Positions 9,398-17,386 of a stretch of 43,403 bases of DNA are shown piece by piece (the first letter of the stretch is position 1; every line of letters begins with the position of its first letter). This DNA is from a virus (lineage: Duplodnaviria; Caudoviricetes): the IMG/VR virus record IMGVR_UViG_3300020181_000004, positions 1 to 43,403 of that record; one strand, 5' to 3'. The position numbers and the translations under genes are program-made. The notes under the pieces are model-generated. The model saw nothing but the letters and a program-made list of their open reading frames with translations. It had not been told where the DNA came from and did no database searches.

Positions 9398-9450
9398 GAT
9401 CCCTCCTTCATCTCCACGTCCGCTAGGTCTTTCCTCATCTGACTTCCTTT

Positions 9451-9536
9451 GGGCGATGCGGCTTACGCCGCCGTTCTGCCACCCTTCGGGCTCAGCCGCT
9501 ACGCGTCTTCGTGCGTTGCATGGCTGCCACTATCGC
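9451..9536 (-). repeat. Structured three-hairpin element, copy 1
   Basis: GCGATAG..GAAGA-CGC[GTA]GCG-GCTGAG-CCC[GAA]GGG-TGGCAG..GCGGC[GTAA]GCCGC-ATCGCCC. Confidence 0.8.
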
Positions 9537-9705
9537 TAGTCCGGTATTCGCGTCGCCAGATGATGTCGTGACGGCCACGGGTAATAGAGAAATACCAGTC
9601 TCCCGGTCCCGCTGGTCGCGCTGCCAATTTGGCTAACCAGAGGAACGGATAGCTTCGGATGGAGAACGCTCCGGTCGAGCTGCTCGTTAGAAGATCATAA
9701 GCCAT
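9499..9705 (-). CDS. Hypothetical protein between structured elements 1 and 2
   Basis: 68 aa from ATG 9705 with GGAG RBS; stop lies inside element 1. Confidence 0.5.
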   Translation of the reverse strand: MAYDLLTSSSTGAFSIRSYPFLWLAKLAARPAGPGDWYFSITRGRHDIIWRREYRTSDSGSHATHEDA

Positions 9706-9764
9706 TTTAGTCTCCACGGTCTCGGCGTAGTTCATCGCGTAATTGCCTGCTTTTGCAAGACTTC

Positions 9765-9845
9765 GCGAGAGGATCGAAGCCTTTGGTCGAGACACCGAAG
9801 AGTGGCTCGATCCGTAGGACGAGAGCCGTGCCGAAGGCCTCGCCC
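9765..9845 (+). repeat. Structured three-hairpin element, copy 2
   Basis: GATCGAAGCCTTTGGTCGAGAC-ACC[GAA]GAGT-GGCTCGA-TCC[GTA]GGA-CGAGAGC..GCC[GAA]GGC-CTCGCCC. Confidence 0.8.
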
Positions 9846-9855
9846 CTAGACTTCT

Positions 9856-9870
9856 GTTCCCGCTCCGTTC
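9856..9870 (+). promoter_or_regulatory. Alphaproteobacterial LexA (SOS) box
   Basis: GTTC-CCGCTCC-GTTC, following a TAGACT -35-like hexamer and 12 nt before ATG 9883. Confidence 0.75.
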
Positions 9871-9882
9871 CACATGGCCCGG

Positions 9883-10167
9883 ATGCGATTCCCTCCTCCA
9901 ATCCTCATATCCAAAGCCCTTAAAGCTCTTGAGGAAGTAGCTCTCCAAGCAGAGACAGAAGCAGTTCCAAAGTCCGATAGCCTGAGGTTTCTCCTGGCGT
10001 ATTTGGCGAACCATGCTGAAGAGCGCTGGATGTTCGATAGCTTCTGGAAGGAAGCCACCACTCCGCCTCGAGATGCGTCTGCAGCTGCGAAGTTCGGACG
10101 AAGCCAATCGCTTACGGCTGCCGTGAACGGGATCTACGCACAGTTGAAGGTTGAGAGGCCGCATTAG
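9883..10167 (+). CDS. SOS-regulated hypothetical protein
   Basis: 94 aa (97 from 9874); lone + strand gene among - strand genes; LexA box upstream. Confidence 0.7.
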   Translation: MRFPPPILISKALKALEEVALQAETEAVPKSDSLRFLLAYLANHAEERWMFDSFWKEATTPPRDASAAAKFGRSQSLTAAVNGIYAQLKVERPH

Positions 10168-10670
10168 GCTGACCTCCAGATCACAAGCACGCATCCGAAC
10201 GGTGGCGAGCTGTTGAACTTGCCCTCGGGATTGTCAGGCAGGCCGAAGTTGAAGCGTCCGCGATAGAAGCGCGTCTCCAGCGGACCACGCCCGTCTCGGA
10301 AAGGCTCGATCATATCCTGCCACCAGCGCTGCTCAGTGCGGTTCGCGGGGAGTAGCATCACGATCAGCGGGCAACCGGCGTCATGCTCCTGCCAAGCCTT
10401 CTCAACCCACGGGCGAATGTCGCTATACGGCGGGTTGCACCAAACGCGGTGGCCCGCCCAAGACTGCGTCAGTCCGTTGGTGGTGAGGTCATAGTAGGCA
10501 GGCGTCTTGCGATTGCGCTCGTTCGCCGCAGCATCCAGCGTGAATGCGAACTCGTCGCGCAAAGGATCAAACACCTTCGCCGGCGTGATCCGCTCGTCAA
10601 CACTGTCGCTGGCACCACGTTTCCCAACCTGCTGGGGATGGTTGGTGATCTTGAAGCCGACGAGGCTCAC
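10164..10670 (-). CDS. Phage DNA N6-adenine methyltransferase (Dam-like) 1
   Basis: TP..F..L..EFAFTLDAAA; NGLTQSW; VWCNPPYS; VMLLPANRTEQRWW. Confidence 0.9.
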   Translation of the reverse strand: MSLVGFKITNHPQQVGKRGASDSVDERITPAKVFDPLRDEFAFTLDAAANERNRKTPAYYDLTTNGLTQSWAGHRVWCNPPYSDIRPWVEKAWQEHDAGCPLIVMLLPANRTEQRWWQDMIEPFRDGRGPLETRFYRGRFNFGLPDNPEGKFNSSPPFGCVLVIWRSA

Positions 10671-11182
10671 AGGGCCGCCCCATGAACAGCAGGCGCAGCC
10701 AGCTTTTCGATCTCCTCAAGGATGGCGCGGTTGATGACGAACCACTCGCCATGCCGGCGCTGAAGCCGAAACCTGCGATGGTAGTGATCCTCTAGGCTTG
10801 CATCGCCTTCCACGGTGGCGAGGATCTGAAGCTTCTCCGGTGAGCCGGTCTGAAGCTGCCTTAGGCGCCCAGGCACATCTTGGCTGGTGCCGATCTTCAC
10901 CTTACCGAGCATCTCTGCCGCCGCGCCGATGAAGTAGACCTTCTTCACGGGCAAGGCGTGATACCAAGCCTCATAGGCGTTGAGCATTGTGCGGTAGGCG
11001 GCGAAGGTGTCGCGTGTCTCTAGTGGTGTCTCACTGCCCTGCGGGTCTACGAGTCGCCACATGCCGTCCTGGCGCGGCTTCATAAGGTGCCACATGCCCA
11101 GAGCGAGCGGCAGACCAGTCTCACTGTCGCGGTAAAGGGTCGTGTCCTCGCGGAAGCGATTGTCGAAGAGCCCGGCCTTCAT
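10667..11182 (-). CDS. GIY-YIG family (T5orf172/MUG113-like) nuclease-domain protein
   Basis: VYFIG..VKIGTS.DV..RLRQLQTGSP..L..LA..E...H..F....HGEWF; start reassigned to ATG 11182. Confidence 0.85.
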   Translation of the reverse strand: MKAGLFDNRFREDTTLYRDSETGLPLALGMWHLMKPRQDGMWRLVDPQGSETPLETRDTFAAYRTMLNAYEAWYHALPVKKVYFIGAAAEMLGKVKIGTSQDVPGRLRQLQTGSPEKLQILATVEGDASLEDHYHRRFRLQRRHGEWFVINRAILEEIEKLAAPAVHGAAL

Positions 11183-11199
11183 GGCCGTGTTTCCTGCGC

Positions 11200-11216
11200 T
11201 GTACGGGATTTGTACG
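11200..11216. promoter_or_regulatory. Putative integrase arm-type sites, left arm
   Basis: TGTACG at 11200 and 11211 (11-bp period); the same pair recurs on the other side of the core. Confidence 0.55.
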
Positions 11217-11319
11217 CACGTTCCCTGCACGTTCGCACTTGTTCCTGCGCAAAGCTGCATGGAACATCGGGCCGCGCGCCGGAGGAGGGCGCTAACTGGC
11301 TTGAATTATATGGGGAAAA

Positions 11320-11366
11320 TGGCGCACCCGACAGGATTCGAACCTGTGGCCTCTGCCTTCGGAGGG
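11320..11366 (-). other. attP core = 3' half of host tRNA-Arg(CCG)
   Basis: Minus strand CCCTCCGAAGGCAGAGGCCACAGGTTCGAATCCTGTCGGGTGCGCCA contains the anticodon loop CTCCGAA, T arm and CCA; 18 bp from the integrase stop. Confidence 0.92.
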
Positions 11367-11384
11367 AATTGCTCCAAACCATGA

Positions 11385-12488
11385 TTAATCCTTATCAGAA
11401 AGTAGCTTAAGGCCCAACTGATTTTGCGCCTGTACGAGCCCTGTACGCAGCGCCTCATGAATTTTGGCGTCCGACTCCTCTGCGTGGGTGTAGACGCGAT
11501 CGACCATTCCGCCCTCTGGCGACCATCCTCCCACGTCCTCGATCGACTTGGTGTCCACGCGCTGGCGGACCTTCATTTCCTGCCCGAAGCCGTGACGGCC
11601 GGCAGAATGTGGCGGCAGTTCGGGGATGCCAGCCTTGCGACACGCGGTTGCCCAGCCCTTGCGCGGGCCACCACTGTCTGCCCAGCCAAATACGCGCAGG
11701 TTTCGCGTGTAGCGCTTGTCCCATCCCCTCGGCACCTTTGGCTTCAGGCGGCGCAGCTCCTCGGCTACTTCAGGCAGTAGGAGTACCTCTCGATCTTCAT
11801 GCCCCTTGGCGCCGGGAATGGTGATGCGATCCTCGTCCAGCTTCTTCAGGTGGTCTGGATGCATCGCCACAGCCTGCCCTACGCGAGCGCCGGTCGTGAA
11901 CATGAGAAGTGCGAGGGCTGCGTGCCGCTGGCTTGCGTGCTGCCTGAACTGCAGCAGCCATTCCCAGCTTCCTGGCGTCTTCTTCACGCGGCTCCGCTTG
12001 CCGCGCTTGCGGTCCTGCAGCACCCGCTCGGCCTTGGTGTAGCCGGGAATGCGGATAGGTGGGCAGAGATGCGGGTAGCGCTCGTTCGCCCCGTTGATCA
12101 CCGCACGGGCAGGGGCGATCACCCAACGCCTCCAGCTATCCGTGCTGTTGTTCGGATAGAGCTTGGGGCCAAGATCCTTGATCGTCTGCGCGGTGATCAG
12201 GCGCACTGGCTCGGCGCCTAGGTAGGCGAGGATGGGCACCAGGTACTTCGCCATCTGCTTGCCTCCGTGGTACAGCTCCACCGCATCGGCGAATGTGAAG
12301 ACGTGCTCCTCACCAACGACGTAGGCCTTTATCTCCCGGTCTGTCCTTTCGTTGATCCAGTCCCGCGCGCCAGCTTCTGTAGATGCGCGAGTGCTCTCGC
12401 GGATGTAGCCGGTGATCGGCCGACCGTTATATTCGACTTGCCCGCGCGCCCAGTAGACGGGGCCTCTTTTGTACGGCTCGAGCGGCAT
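11385..12488 (-). CDS. int: Tyrosine integrase
   Basis: TTGARVGQ (R), GAKGH (K), HSAGRH, VGGW, RVYTH (Y); start reassigned to MPLEPYKRG; adjacent to attP. Confidence 0.93.
   Translation of the reverse strand: MPLEPYKRGPVYWARGQVEYNGRPITGYIRESTRASTEAGARDWINERTDREIKAYVVGEEHVFTFADAVELYHGGKQMAKYLVPILAYLGAEPVRLITAQTIKDLGPKLYPNNSTDSWRRWVIAPARAVINGANERYPHLCPPIRIPGYTKAERVLQDRKRGKRSRVKKTPGSWEWLLQFRQHASQRHAALALLMFTTGARVGQAVAMHPDHLKKLDEDRITIPGAKGHEDREVLLLPEVAEELRRLKPKVPRGWDKRYTRNLRVFGWADSGGPRKGWATACRKAGIPELPPHSAGRHGFGQEMKVRQRVDTKSIEDVGGWSPEGGMVDRVYTHAEESDAKIHEALRTGLVQAQNQLGLKLLSDKD
11431..11447. promoter_or_regulatory. Putative integrase arm-type sites, right arm (inside int 3' end)
   Basis: TGTACG at 11431 and 11442. 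Confidence 0.55.
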
Positions 12489-12676
12489 GTGCTTTCCTGA
12501 AGGATGAAGTCGATTTGATCGGGCGTGATGAGCATTGCCTTGCCCATCTGGTGACAGGCGCCCAGCTCGCGAGCTTTGGCGCGCAGAGTGCGTTCGGAGA
12601 TATGAAGACCGCGGCCGGCGAACTCTTCGCACCAGGCCGACGGAGTTCTTCCGTCATTGAGGATGCGGCTAGCCAT
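12329..12676 (-). CDS. Excisionase-like HTH protein overlapping the int start
   Basis: ISERTLRAKARELGACHQMGKAMLITPDQIDFIL winged-HTH pattern; immediately upstream of int. Confidence 0.7.
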   Translation of the reverse strand: MASRILNDGRTPSAWCEEFAGRGLHISERTLRAKARELGACHQMGKAMLITPDQIDFILQESTCRSSRTKEAPSTGRAGKSNITVGRSPATSARALAHLQKLARGTGSTKGQTGR

Positions 12677-13037
12677 TCTTCCCCTTCTCCAAATGCACAG
12701 GGGATAGGACGACTTCAACGGCGGCTTTGGCAGCTTCCATCACTCGCTTATGATGCATTTGCCCCGGCTTTAACTCGCTCCAGGTAAGCAGCGTGTCGTG
12801 GACGTAGGTTCTATGCCAAATCGTCCGCGCCACCTTCTCGATCAACTCCTCATCAGCAGGTGAAGGGGGAGGGGAGAGGCGGGCAATGGCTGCGTCGAGC
12901 GTGTCAAGTTCTGCCTGAGTTTCTTGATCGTCCTCCGTTGTGACGTTGACCTGCTGAGCATAGGAGAGAACTGTTTGCTTCAGGTCTTCAAGCTGTGAGA
13001 TCAGCGCTTCATCCGATATATTCACTGTTCTGGTCAT
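12669..13037 (-). CDS. Hypothetical protein
   Basis: 122 aa; ELIEKVARTI motif common in early phage genes. Confidence 0.65.
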   Translation of the reverse strand: MTRTVNISDEALISQLEDLKQTVLSYAQQVNVTTEDDQETQAELDTLDAAIARLSPPPSPADEELIEKVARTIWHRTYVHDTLLTWSELKPGQMHHKRVMEAAKAAVEVVLSPVHLEKGKNG

Positions 13038-13055
13038 TGGTTGGCTCCGGAAGTT

Positions 13056-13137
13056 TGGCGATGCCTATCGGCCCGGGCTGCCACGGCTTCGCCGCTCAGC
13101 TGCTTCGCATCTTCGGCCCAGCTGGCATCCCTATCGC
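13056..13137 (-). repeat. Structured three-hairpin element, copy 3
   Basis: GCGATAG..GAAGA-TGC[GAA]GCA-GCTGAG-CGGC[GAA]GCCG-TGGCAG..GCC[GATA]GGC-ATCGCC. Confidence 0.8.
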
Positions 13138-13140
13138 GGG

Positions 13141-13641
13141 TCATGCGGCGATCTCCCAATCCTTGATTGAGAAGCCGGGGATGCCGGAGGCGGCAATTCG
13201 CTCCCCGGCCAATGCGCCGAAGCCAACAAGGACGACCGGAGCCCCGCTGTTGGCGGGCTGCTCAGTGCCGTCTGGCCGGCAGAACTTGATCCGATCCGCC
13301 AGAAAGAAAAGGTGGTCAGCTTTCCGCCATATGGGTTCGAACCACCCAGCCTCAGTCCGCGCGTGCACCAGCGCAATACCGTGGCCGTGACTTGCTAGAG
13401 CATCGATCCAGCGCCCGACCTCGTATCGATGGAACGGAGGGTTCAGCCAAACGAAGCCCTTCCAGACCTGAGCCAGCCCGTCATCCTTCGCCGTCCAATT
13501 ACACGCCGTCCCGATGTCCCAAGGGCGCATCGTTGCGGCGCAAGGATCTGTATCGAACGGGCCGAGAGCGTCGATCATCCACTTCGGAGTGAGATGTACC
13601 TGCGACTTGCCGATGGTTGATTGATGAGAGCCGATGGTCAT
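13141..13641 (-). CDS. Phage DNA N6-adenine methyltransferase (Dam-like) 2
   Basis: LTPKWMIDALGPFDTDPCA; DDGLAQVW; VWLNPPF; GIALVHARTE. Confidence 0.9.
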   Translation of the reverse strand: MTIGSHQSTIGKSQVHLTPKWMIDALGPFDTDPCAATMRPWDIGTACNWTAKDDGLAQVWKGFVWLNPPFHRYEVGRWIDALASHGHGIALVHARTEAGWFEPIWRKADHLFFLADRIKFCRPDGTEQPANSGAPVVLVGFGALAGERIAASGIPGFSIKDWEIAA

Positions 13642-13910
13642 CGTCCGCTCCCTTGCGCCTGATGAGCGCCGACAGGCGAAGACGCGAAGCGGCTGAGGTC
13701 CGTAGGACCGCCAGCAGGTTGCCCCGTCAGGGGACGCCCAATCGTGGAGATCACCACATCCCCCGGAGCCTTATCTGTTCTAACAACCCTATCCGGAGGA
13801 ACCACATCAGGGTTCCTGGTCCTCCTCACAAAGCTATCGCTAGGTCCGCTGGAACACCTATCCCCATCAGCATAGGCAAGCGTATTGCCGCTCCTGTCTC
13901 TCCAGGTCAT
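13638..13910 (-). CDS. Hypothetical protein; C-terminus reads through element 4 in antisense
   Basis: 90 aa, ATGA-coupled at both ends. Confidence 0.45.
   Translation of the reverse strand: MTWRDRSGNTLAYADGDRCSSGPSDSFVRRTRNPDVVPPDRVVRTDKAPGDVVISTIGRPLTGQPAGGPTDLSRFASSPVGAHQAQGSGR
13654..13739 (+). repeat. Structured three-hairpin element, copy 4
   Basis: TGCGCCTGAT..GAAGA-CGC[GAA]GCG-GCTGAG-GTCC[GTA]GGAC..AGCAGGTTG-CCCC[GTCA]GGGG-ACGCCC. Confidence 0.8.
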
Positions 13911-14269
13911 GACTGGCGCTCCAGTTCACGTCCGCGCTGGATTGCTGCGAGTGTCATTTGAACCTCTGGACTGGCGTCTTTGTCGCCCCGCAAGAACGGT
14001 GTTTCCGCGTACCATTGCGCCAAACCCTCAGCGGCCAGCCTGCGAGCCTCAATCAGGTCAGGATGGGGCGGCTGTATCTCGGAGAGTGGCTTCGACAGGT
14101 CACGAAGAGCCTGAGCCGCACACAGGACTGACCAGTTGCGGTCACGCTGGCCGGCCCTGATTGCCGCTTCATCGTTGGTTGCGACTTCATGGGTGATGCC
14201 AAGCCCGCGCGTGTAGCCGGCGGCGATAGAAGCCTCCCGAGCGCGGATCAGGATTTCTTCCTCAGTCAT
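13907..14269 (-). CDS. Hypothetical protein
   Basis: 120 aa, coupled; internal duplication (IRAGQRD / LRGDKD). Confidence 0.65.
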   Translation of the reverse strand: MTEEEILIRAREASIAAGYTRGLGITHEVATNDEAAIRAGQRDRNWSVLCAAQALRDLSKPLSEIQPPHPDLIEARRLAAEGLAQWYAETPFLRGDKDASPEVQMTLAAIQRGRELERQS

Positions 14270-14319
14270 CGGCCCAAATCCCCTTCGTTAGACCACTGCA
14301 CCCCATGCCGAGCGATCAT
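14266..14319 (-). pseudogene. 17-aa ORF resembling the NinB C-terminus
   Basis: MIARHGVQWSNEGDLGR, ATGA-coupled on both sides. Confidence 0.35.
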
Positions 14320-14771
14320 GCTGCCTCTCCGAGTTCGGCTTCGCCTTCCTGGCGCAGTTGGGTCACATCGCAGCCAAGGCGGCGCGAGATGCGTTCCAGC
14401 GCGGCGTCGATGAACTGCGCCCGCTCGTTCTCCGGCATGTTCTCGAAGGCGATGCTCTCGTAATCCCAGTCGATGATCTCGCCGGTCTTCTTGCTGACGA
14501 TCGGCTTCGCGAGCCCCTCTTCGCGCTTCAGCCAGCGGTGCAGCGCCTTGCGGGACAGTATCCCGTCCACGGCATCGGAAAGAAGCTCGCACGCCTTCTT
14601 GAGGCATATCCAGTAGAGGCCGAGACGCTTTGTGTTGCCGCGGATGTTGGTGATCTCGACACGCAGGAGCTTGTCCGGAAGGCTCGCCATCATCTCTTCG
14701 GCGGCCGGCGTAACTGGACGTAGTGCGCCGAAAGACTTGCGAAACAGGATTGGCTCGTTGTCAGCCATCAC
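14316..14771 (-). CDS. DUF1367/NinB-like recombination-associated protein
   Basis: GALRPVT; ESIAFENMPENERAQFID; sits in the recombination module. Confidence 0.65.
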   Translation of the reverse strand: MMADNEPILFRKSFGALRPVTPAAEEMMASLPDKLLRVEITNIRGNTKRLGLYWICLKKACELLSDAVDGILSRKALHRWLKREEGLAKPIVSKKTGEIIDWDYESIAFENMPENERAQFIDAALERISRRLGCDVTQLRQEGEAELGEAA

Positions 14772-15129
14772 GCTCCTCCCACAGTCTGTCCGCCACGGTC
14801 AGCAGATCGATCCCGTACTCTCTGAAGAAGCCGGGATGCCCCAGTGCCTCCACGCTTTCCCTCGGCCCCCAGATGATCTGATGATGCCTGCCGCACAACG
14901 GGACGACCCTCTGCTCCGATCGAGCTATCCGCCCGCCGTGGATCGAAGCCGTCACATGATGCAGCGTCGATGGACCTCCACAGACGAGACATGGCATCGA
15001 GCGAACCCGTGCATGGTGCCGCTTCTCTTCCGCGGTCGGCCCACGCTTCTTCTGCGGCTGCGGACAGCGCTCGGGTGCCTTCCTGCGAGGCTTGTCCCGC
15101 TTGGGCTTGAGGAAGGCGCGACGAAGCAT
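14761..15129 (-). CDS. Zn-binding HNH-like nuclease (DUF968/Ref-like)
   Basis: MPCLVCG..TLHHV..VVPLCGRHHQ..FFREYG. Confidence 0.8.
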   Translation of the reverse strand: MLRRAFLKPKRDKPRRKAPERCPQPQKKRGPTAEEKRHHARVRSMPCLVCGGPSTLHHVTASIHGGRIARSEQRVVPLCGRHHQIIWGPRESVEALGHPGFFREYGIDLLTVADRLWEERDG

Positions 15130-15132
15130 CCA

Positions 15133-15345
15133 TCACCGCACGTTCCACTCAAGCAGCCGATCGACTACCTCGGGCGTCTTCAGTGTCCCTGCAGGAAGGT
15201 GTCCAGTCCGTGCGCGATGCTTGAGCAGCCGACGCATCCGGTATGCAGGATCACTGGCGTAGCGTTCACGCCTTCGCTCACGGGAGCGGCGGTTAACCTC
15301 CTCCCGGTAGGCGCGTTCGGTGGCGAGATATTCGGCCTCGGTCAC
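15133..15345 (-). CDS. Arg-rich hypothetical protein
   Basis: 70 aa, coupled to the exonuclease gene. Confidence 0.6.
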   Translation of the reverse strand: MTEAEYLATERAYREEVNRRSRERRRERYASDPAYRMRRLLKHRARTGHLPAGTLKTPEVVDRLLEWNVR

Positions 15346-15971
15346 GCTGCGAGCCTTTCCGCTTCATACAGGCGCTGAAGTTCGGAGACGGTCTGCTCGA
15401 CCTCAGCCAGGAACTCGGCCACGTCCTTCTCGAGCTGCGCTATCGCCGCATCGTCACGCTCCACGCGGGCCACGAACAGGCGCATGGATTCCGGTAGCCG
15501 CGGATCGTAGCTGGCGAAGTCGCACCACTGCCGTCCCGTGCAGGCGAGCTGCCACTGGATCTGTGTGAGGTATTTGGCGGGGACAGACCGGCCGAGAAGC
15601 GTAGCTATATGCGTCGCGGTCTGCGGGCATTTCAGCTCGACCAGTCCATCCTCGCCAATCAGGCCGTCCGGTGACGCTCCGCTCATCGGAATGGTGGGAT
15701 GGTCGATGAACCCGACCTCCACCACGTCCGCGTCCTGCCTGAAACTGTAAGCCTCCCGAGCCTCGCACTCGGTGTCGGTGCCCCACTGCATTGCAGCGTT
15801 GGAGAACATCTCGGTGGGCGTGCCGGTAAGCCGCTCGGCGACAAGCTGCGCCGCGTAGGACGCTCTGCTTGCGCCCCAGCCCGTCTTTGTCTTGGCGACG
15901 ATGTCGGCAATGCGAGAGGCGGTTGCCTTGCCTAGCCGCGCATCGAACCATTCCGCCGATCGCTGGTCCAT
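15342..15971 (-). CDS. Lambda-exonuclease/YqaJ family 5'-3' exonuclease
   Basis: QRSAEWFDARLGKATAS; MQWGTDTE; GASPDGLI; ELKCP; QIQWQLAC. Confidence 0.95.
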   Translation of the reverse strand: MDQRSAEWFDARLGKATASRIADIVAKTKTGWGASRASYAAQLVAERLTGTPTEMFSNAAMQWGTDTECEAREAYSFRQDADVVEVGFIDHPTIPMSGASPDGLIGEDGLVELKCPQTATHIATLLGRSVPAKYLTQIQWQLACTGRQWCDFASYDPRLPESMRLFVARVERDDAAIAQLEKDVAEFLAEVEQTVSELQRLYEAERLAA

Positions 15972-15972
15972 C

Positions 15973-16608
15973 TCAGGCGGCCTTCTTCTGTGGGTTGAAG
16001 TAGGCTTCGGCCTCGTCCGGGTTCTTTGCCTTCAGCGCAGCCACCGCCTCGGTGTAGCGGGCAGCAGGGATGTCCCTGAGGCTCGGCACCTTGAAGTAGG
16101 TGCAGAACTTCTGCGCGTCGGCGCCAACGGCCTGCGCAAGCCCGATCAGCACGGCTGACTGCGTGTCGTCTACCTTGGCGCCATCCACGCGCTGGTGGTT
16201 GTTGTCGGCGCCCTTGCCGGCCACCGCGGCGTTCCCGTCGTCATCCTCAGGTGCAATGCCCACCATTGCCGTTAGGGCGTAGCGGCGGGCATAGGTGACT
16301 GCCGAGCCGTAACCCTGCGCATCCACCTTCGCGAGCGGGATGGTCAGGCGTTCGCTGATCCACTCGCCGCTTTCATGGACAAGCATGGTGGTCATCTCGA
16401 CCACGCCGGATGCTGCCTCGCCAGGTGCCTGGACCACTGCCAGGCCGTTCTTGGACAGAGCTTCGCGACAGGCGTCCCAGCAGCTCGCCAGGTCGGCATA
16501 CTTGCTCTTGAAGTGCGGGTTCGCGCTGTCCTTGCGTGCGCCTTCGATCATGCCCTGAGCCTTGGCGAGGGCGGCTCCAAGCGCAGCGATGCTATCGCTA
16601 TGGTTCAT
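15973..16608 (-). CDS. erf: ERF family single-strand annealing protein
   Basis: KDSANPHFKSKYADL; HESGEWI; AQGYGSAVTYARRYAL; EDDDGN. Confidence 0.95.
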   Translation of the reverse strand: MNHSDSIAALGAALAKAQGMIEGARKDSANPHFKSKYADLASCWDACREALSKNGLAVVQAPGEAASGVVEMTTMLVHESGEWISERLTIPLAKVDAQGYGSAVTYARRYALTAMVGIAPEDDDGNAAVAGKGADNNHQRVDGAKVDDTQSAVLIGLAQAVGADAQKFCTYFKVPSLRDIPAARYTEAVAALKAKNPDEAEAYFNPQKKAA

Positions 16609-16841
16609 TGGCTTAGTCCTTCATCGGGGGGTGATGGATGGAAGCGAAACTTGCCTTCGCGCCGGGCAGCTTCGACGTGGAGATGGGAGGCCGCGCCAAC
16701 GAGGGCATTCCACTCGTCCACGCTGAGCCCATCGCGCCCCAATCGAGTGCGAAGGGCTCCCAGCCTCTCTGCCGTTTGGCGATGCTCATGTGCTGCGAAT
16801 TCATCCAGCAGCTCGGCAAGTGAGCGCTTGTTATCGCTCAT
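16605..16841 (-). CDS. Hypothetical protein
   Basis: 78 aa; GGAGG RBS; coupled. Confidence 0.65.
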   Translation of the reverse strand: MSDNKRSLAELLDEFAAHEHRQTAERLGALRTRLGRDGLSVDEWNALVGAASHLHVEAARREGKFRFHPSPPDEGLSQ

Positions 16842-17386
16842 CTCCTCCCTCCCTCTATGGCGGAGAGGAGGGCATCTATTCGTCCGATTGAGTAGCAGAG
16901 CCCCTGCGCAAATCCGTCCGAATAGGATGACCTATCGCCTGTGGTCGACTGCTTGAGCATGAATTGCCGGAGGCCTTCCCGTATCGCCTCGATGCTGCCA
17001 GCAGGTAGTTTGCTGGGGCGGCATAGGACGTGTGGACCGTCCGTTTTGTATGCGCGAATGACCTCGGCAATCTCTGCGCCGACCTGCTTGACAGCCTCTT
17101 GCTTGGCAGGATCACGCCAATCGCGTTCGGCGCGCTGCACCGCATAATCGGCCACCAAAGCTGCGTGTTCATATATTTCATCCACCCCCGGATCGGGCTT
17201 GGTGGAGGCGAGGGCTGCAAGATCGACAAGCGCGCCCAACATGAACAGCGCGTCGGACAGTCCAGCGACTTCTTCAGGAAGCGCGAAGCCGACGAGCCGC
17301 TCTCCGTTGCCAAGGGGGGAGTTAATCCTGCGTTTCGCTGTCAGCAGTGGCTCAGCAAGCGCCAGGAGTGCTTCAGTATCAGCCAT
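16838..17386 (-). CDS. Hypothetical mosaic protein
   Basis: Start reassigned to MADTEALLALAE with GAGG RBS. Confidence 0.6.
   Translation of the reverse strand: MADTEALLALAEPLLTAKRRINSPLGNGERLVGFALPEEVAGLSDALFMLGALVDLAALASTKPDPGVDEIYEHAALVADYAVQRAERDWRDPAKQEAVKQVGAEIAEVIRAYKTDGPHVLCRPSKLPAGSIEAIREGLRQFMLKQSTTGDRSSYSDGFAQGLCYSIGRIDALLSAIEGGRR

Noticed and set aside
9707-9901. 64-aa minus-strand ORF sharing VSTKGFD with an ORF near 19300
   Set aside because: The shared peptide is just the antisense reading of structured elements 2 and 5.
11220-11234. GTTC-N7-GTTC upstream of the GIY-YIG gene as a third SOS box
   Set aside because: It lies in the attP arm among ~11-bp-spaced TGTACG/YGTTCS repeats, so it may be a by-product of recombination sites; left uncalled.
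11320-11366. Functional tRNA gene
   Set aside because: Only the 3' half is present; the D arm and 5' acceptor strand are missing.
12489-12632. 415-aa integrase with N-terminal extension
   Set aside because: The extension overlaps the excisionase-like gene in another frame; ATG 12488 has an AGGA RBS.
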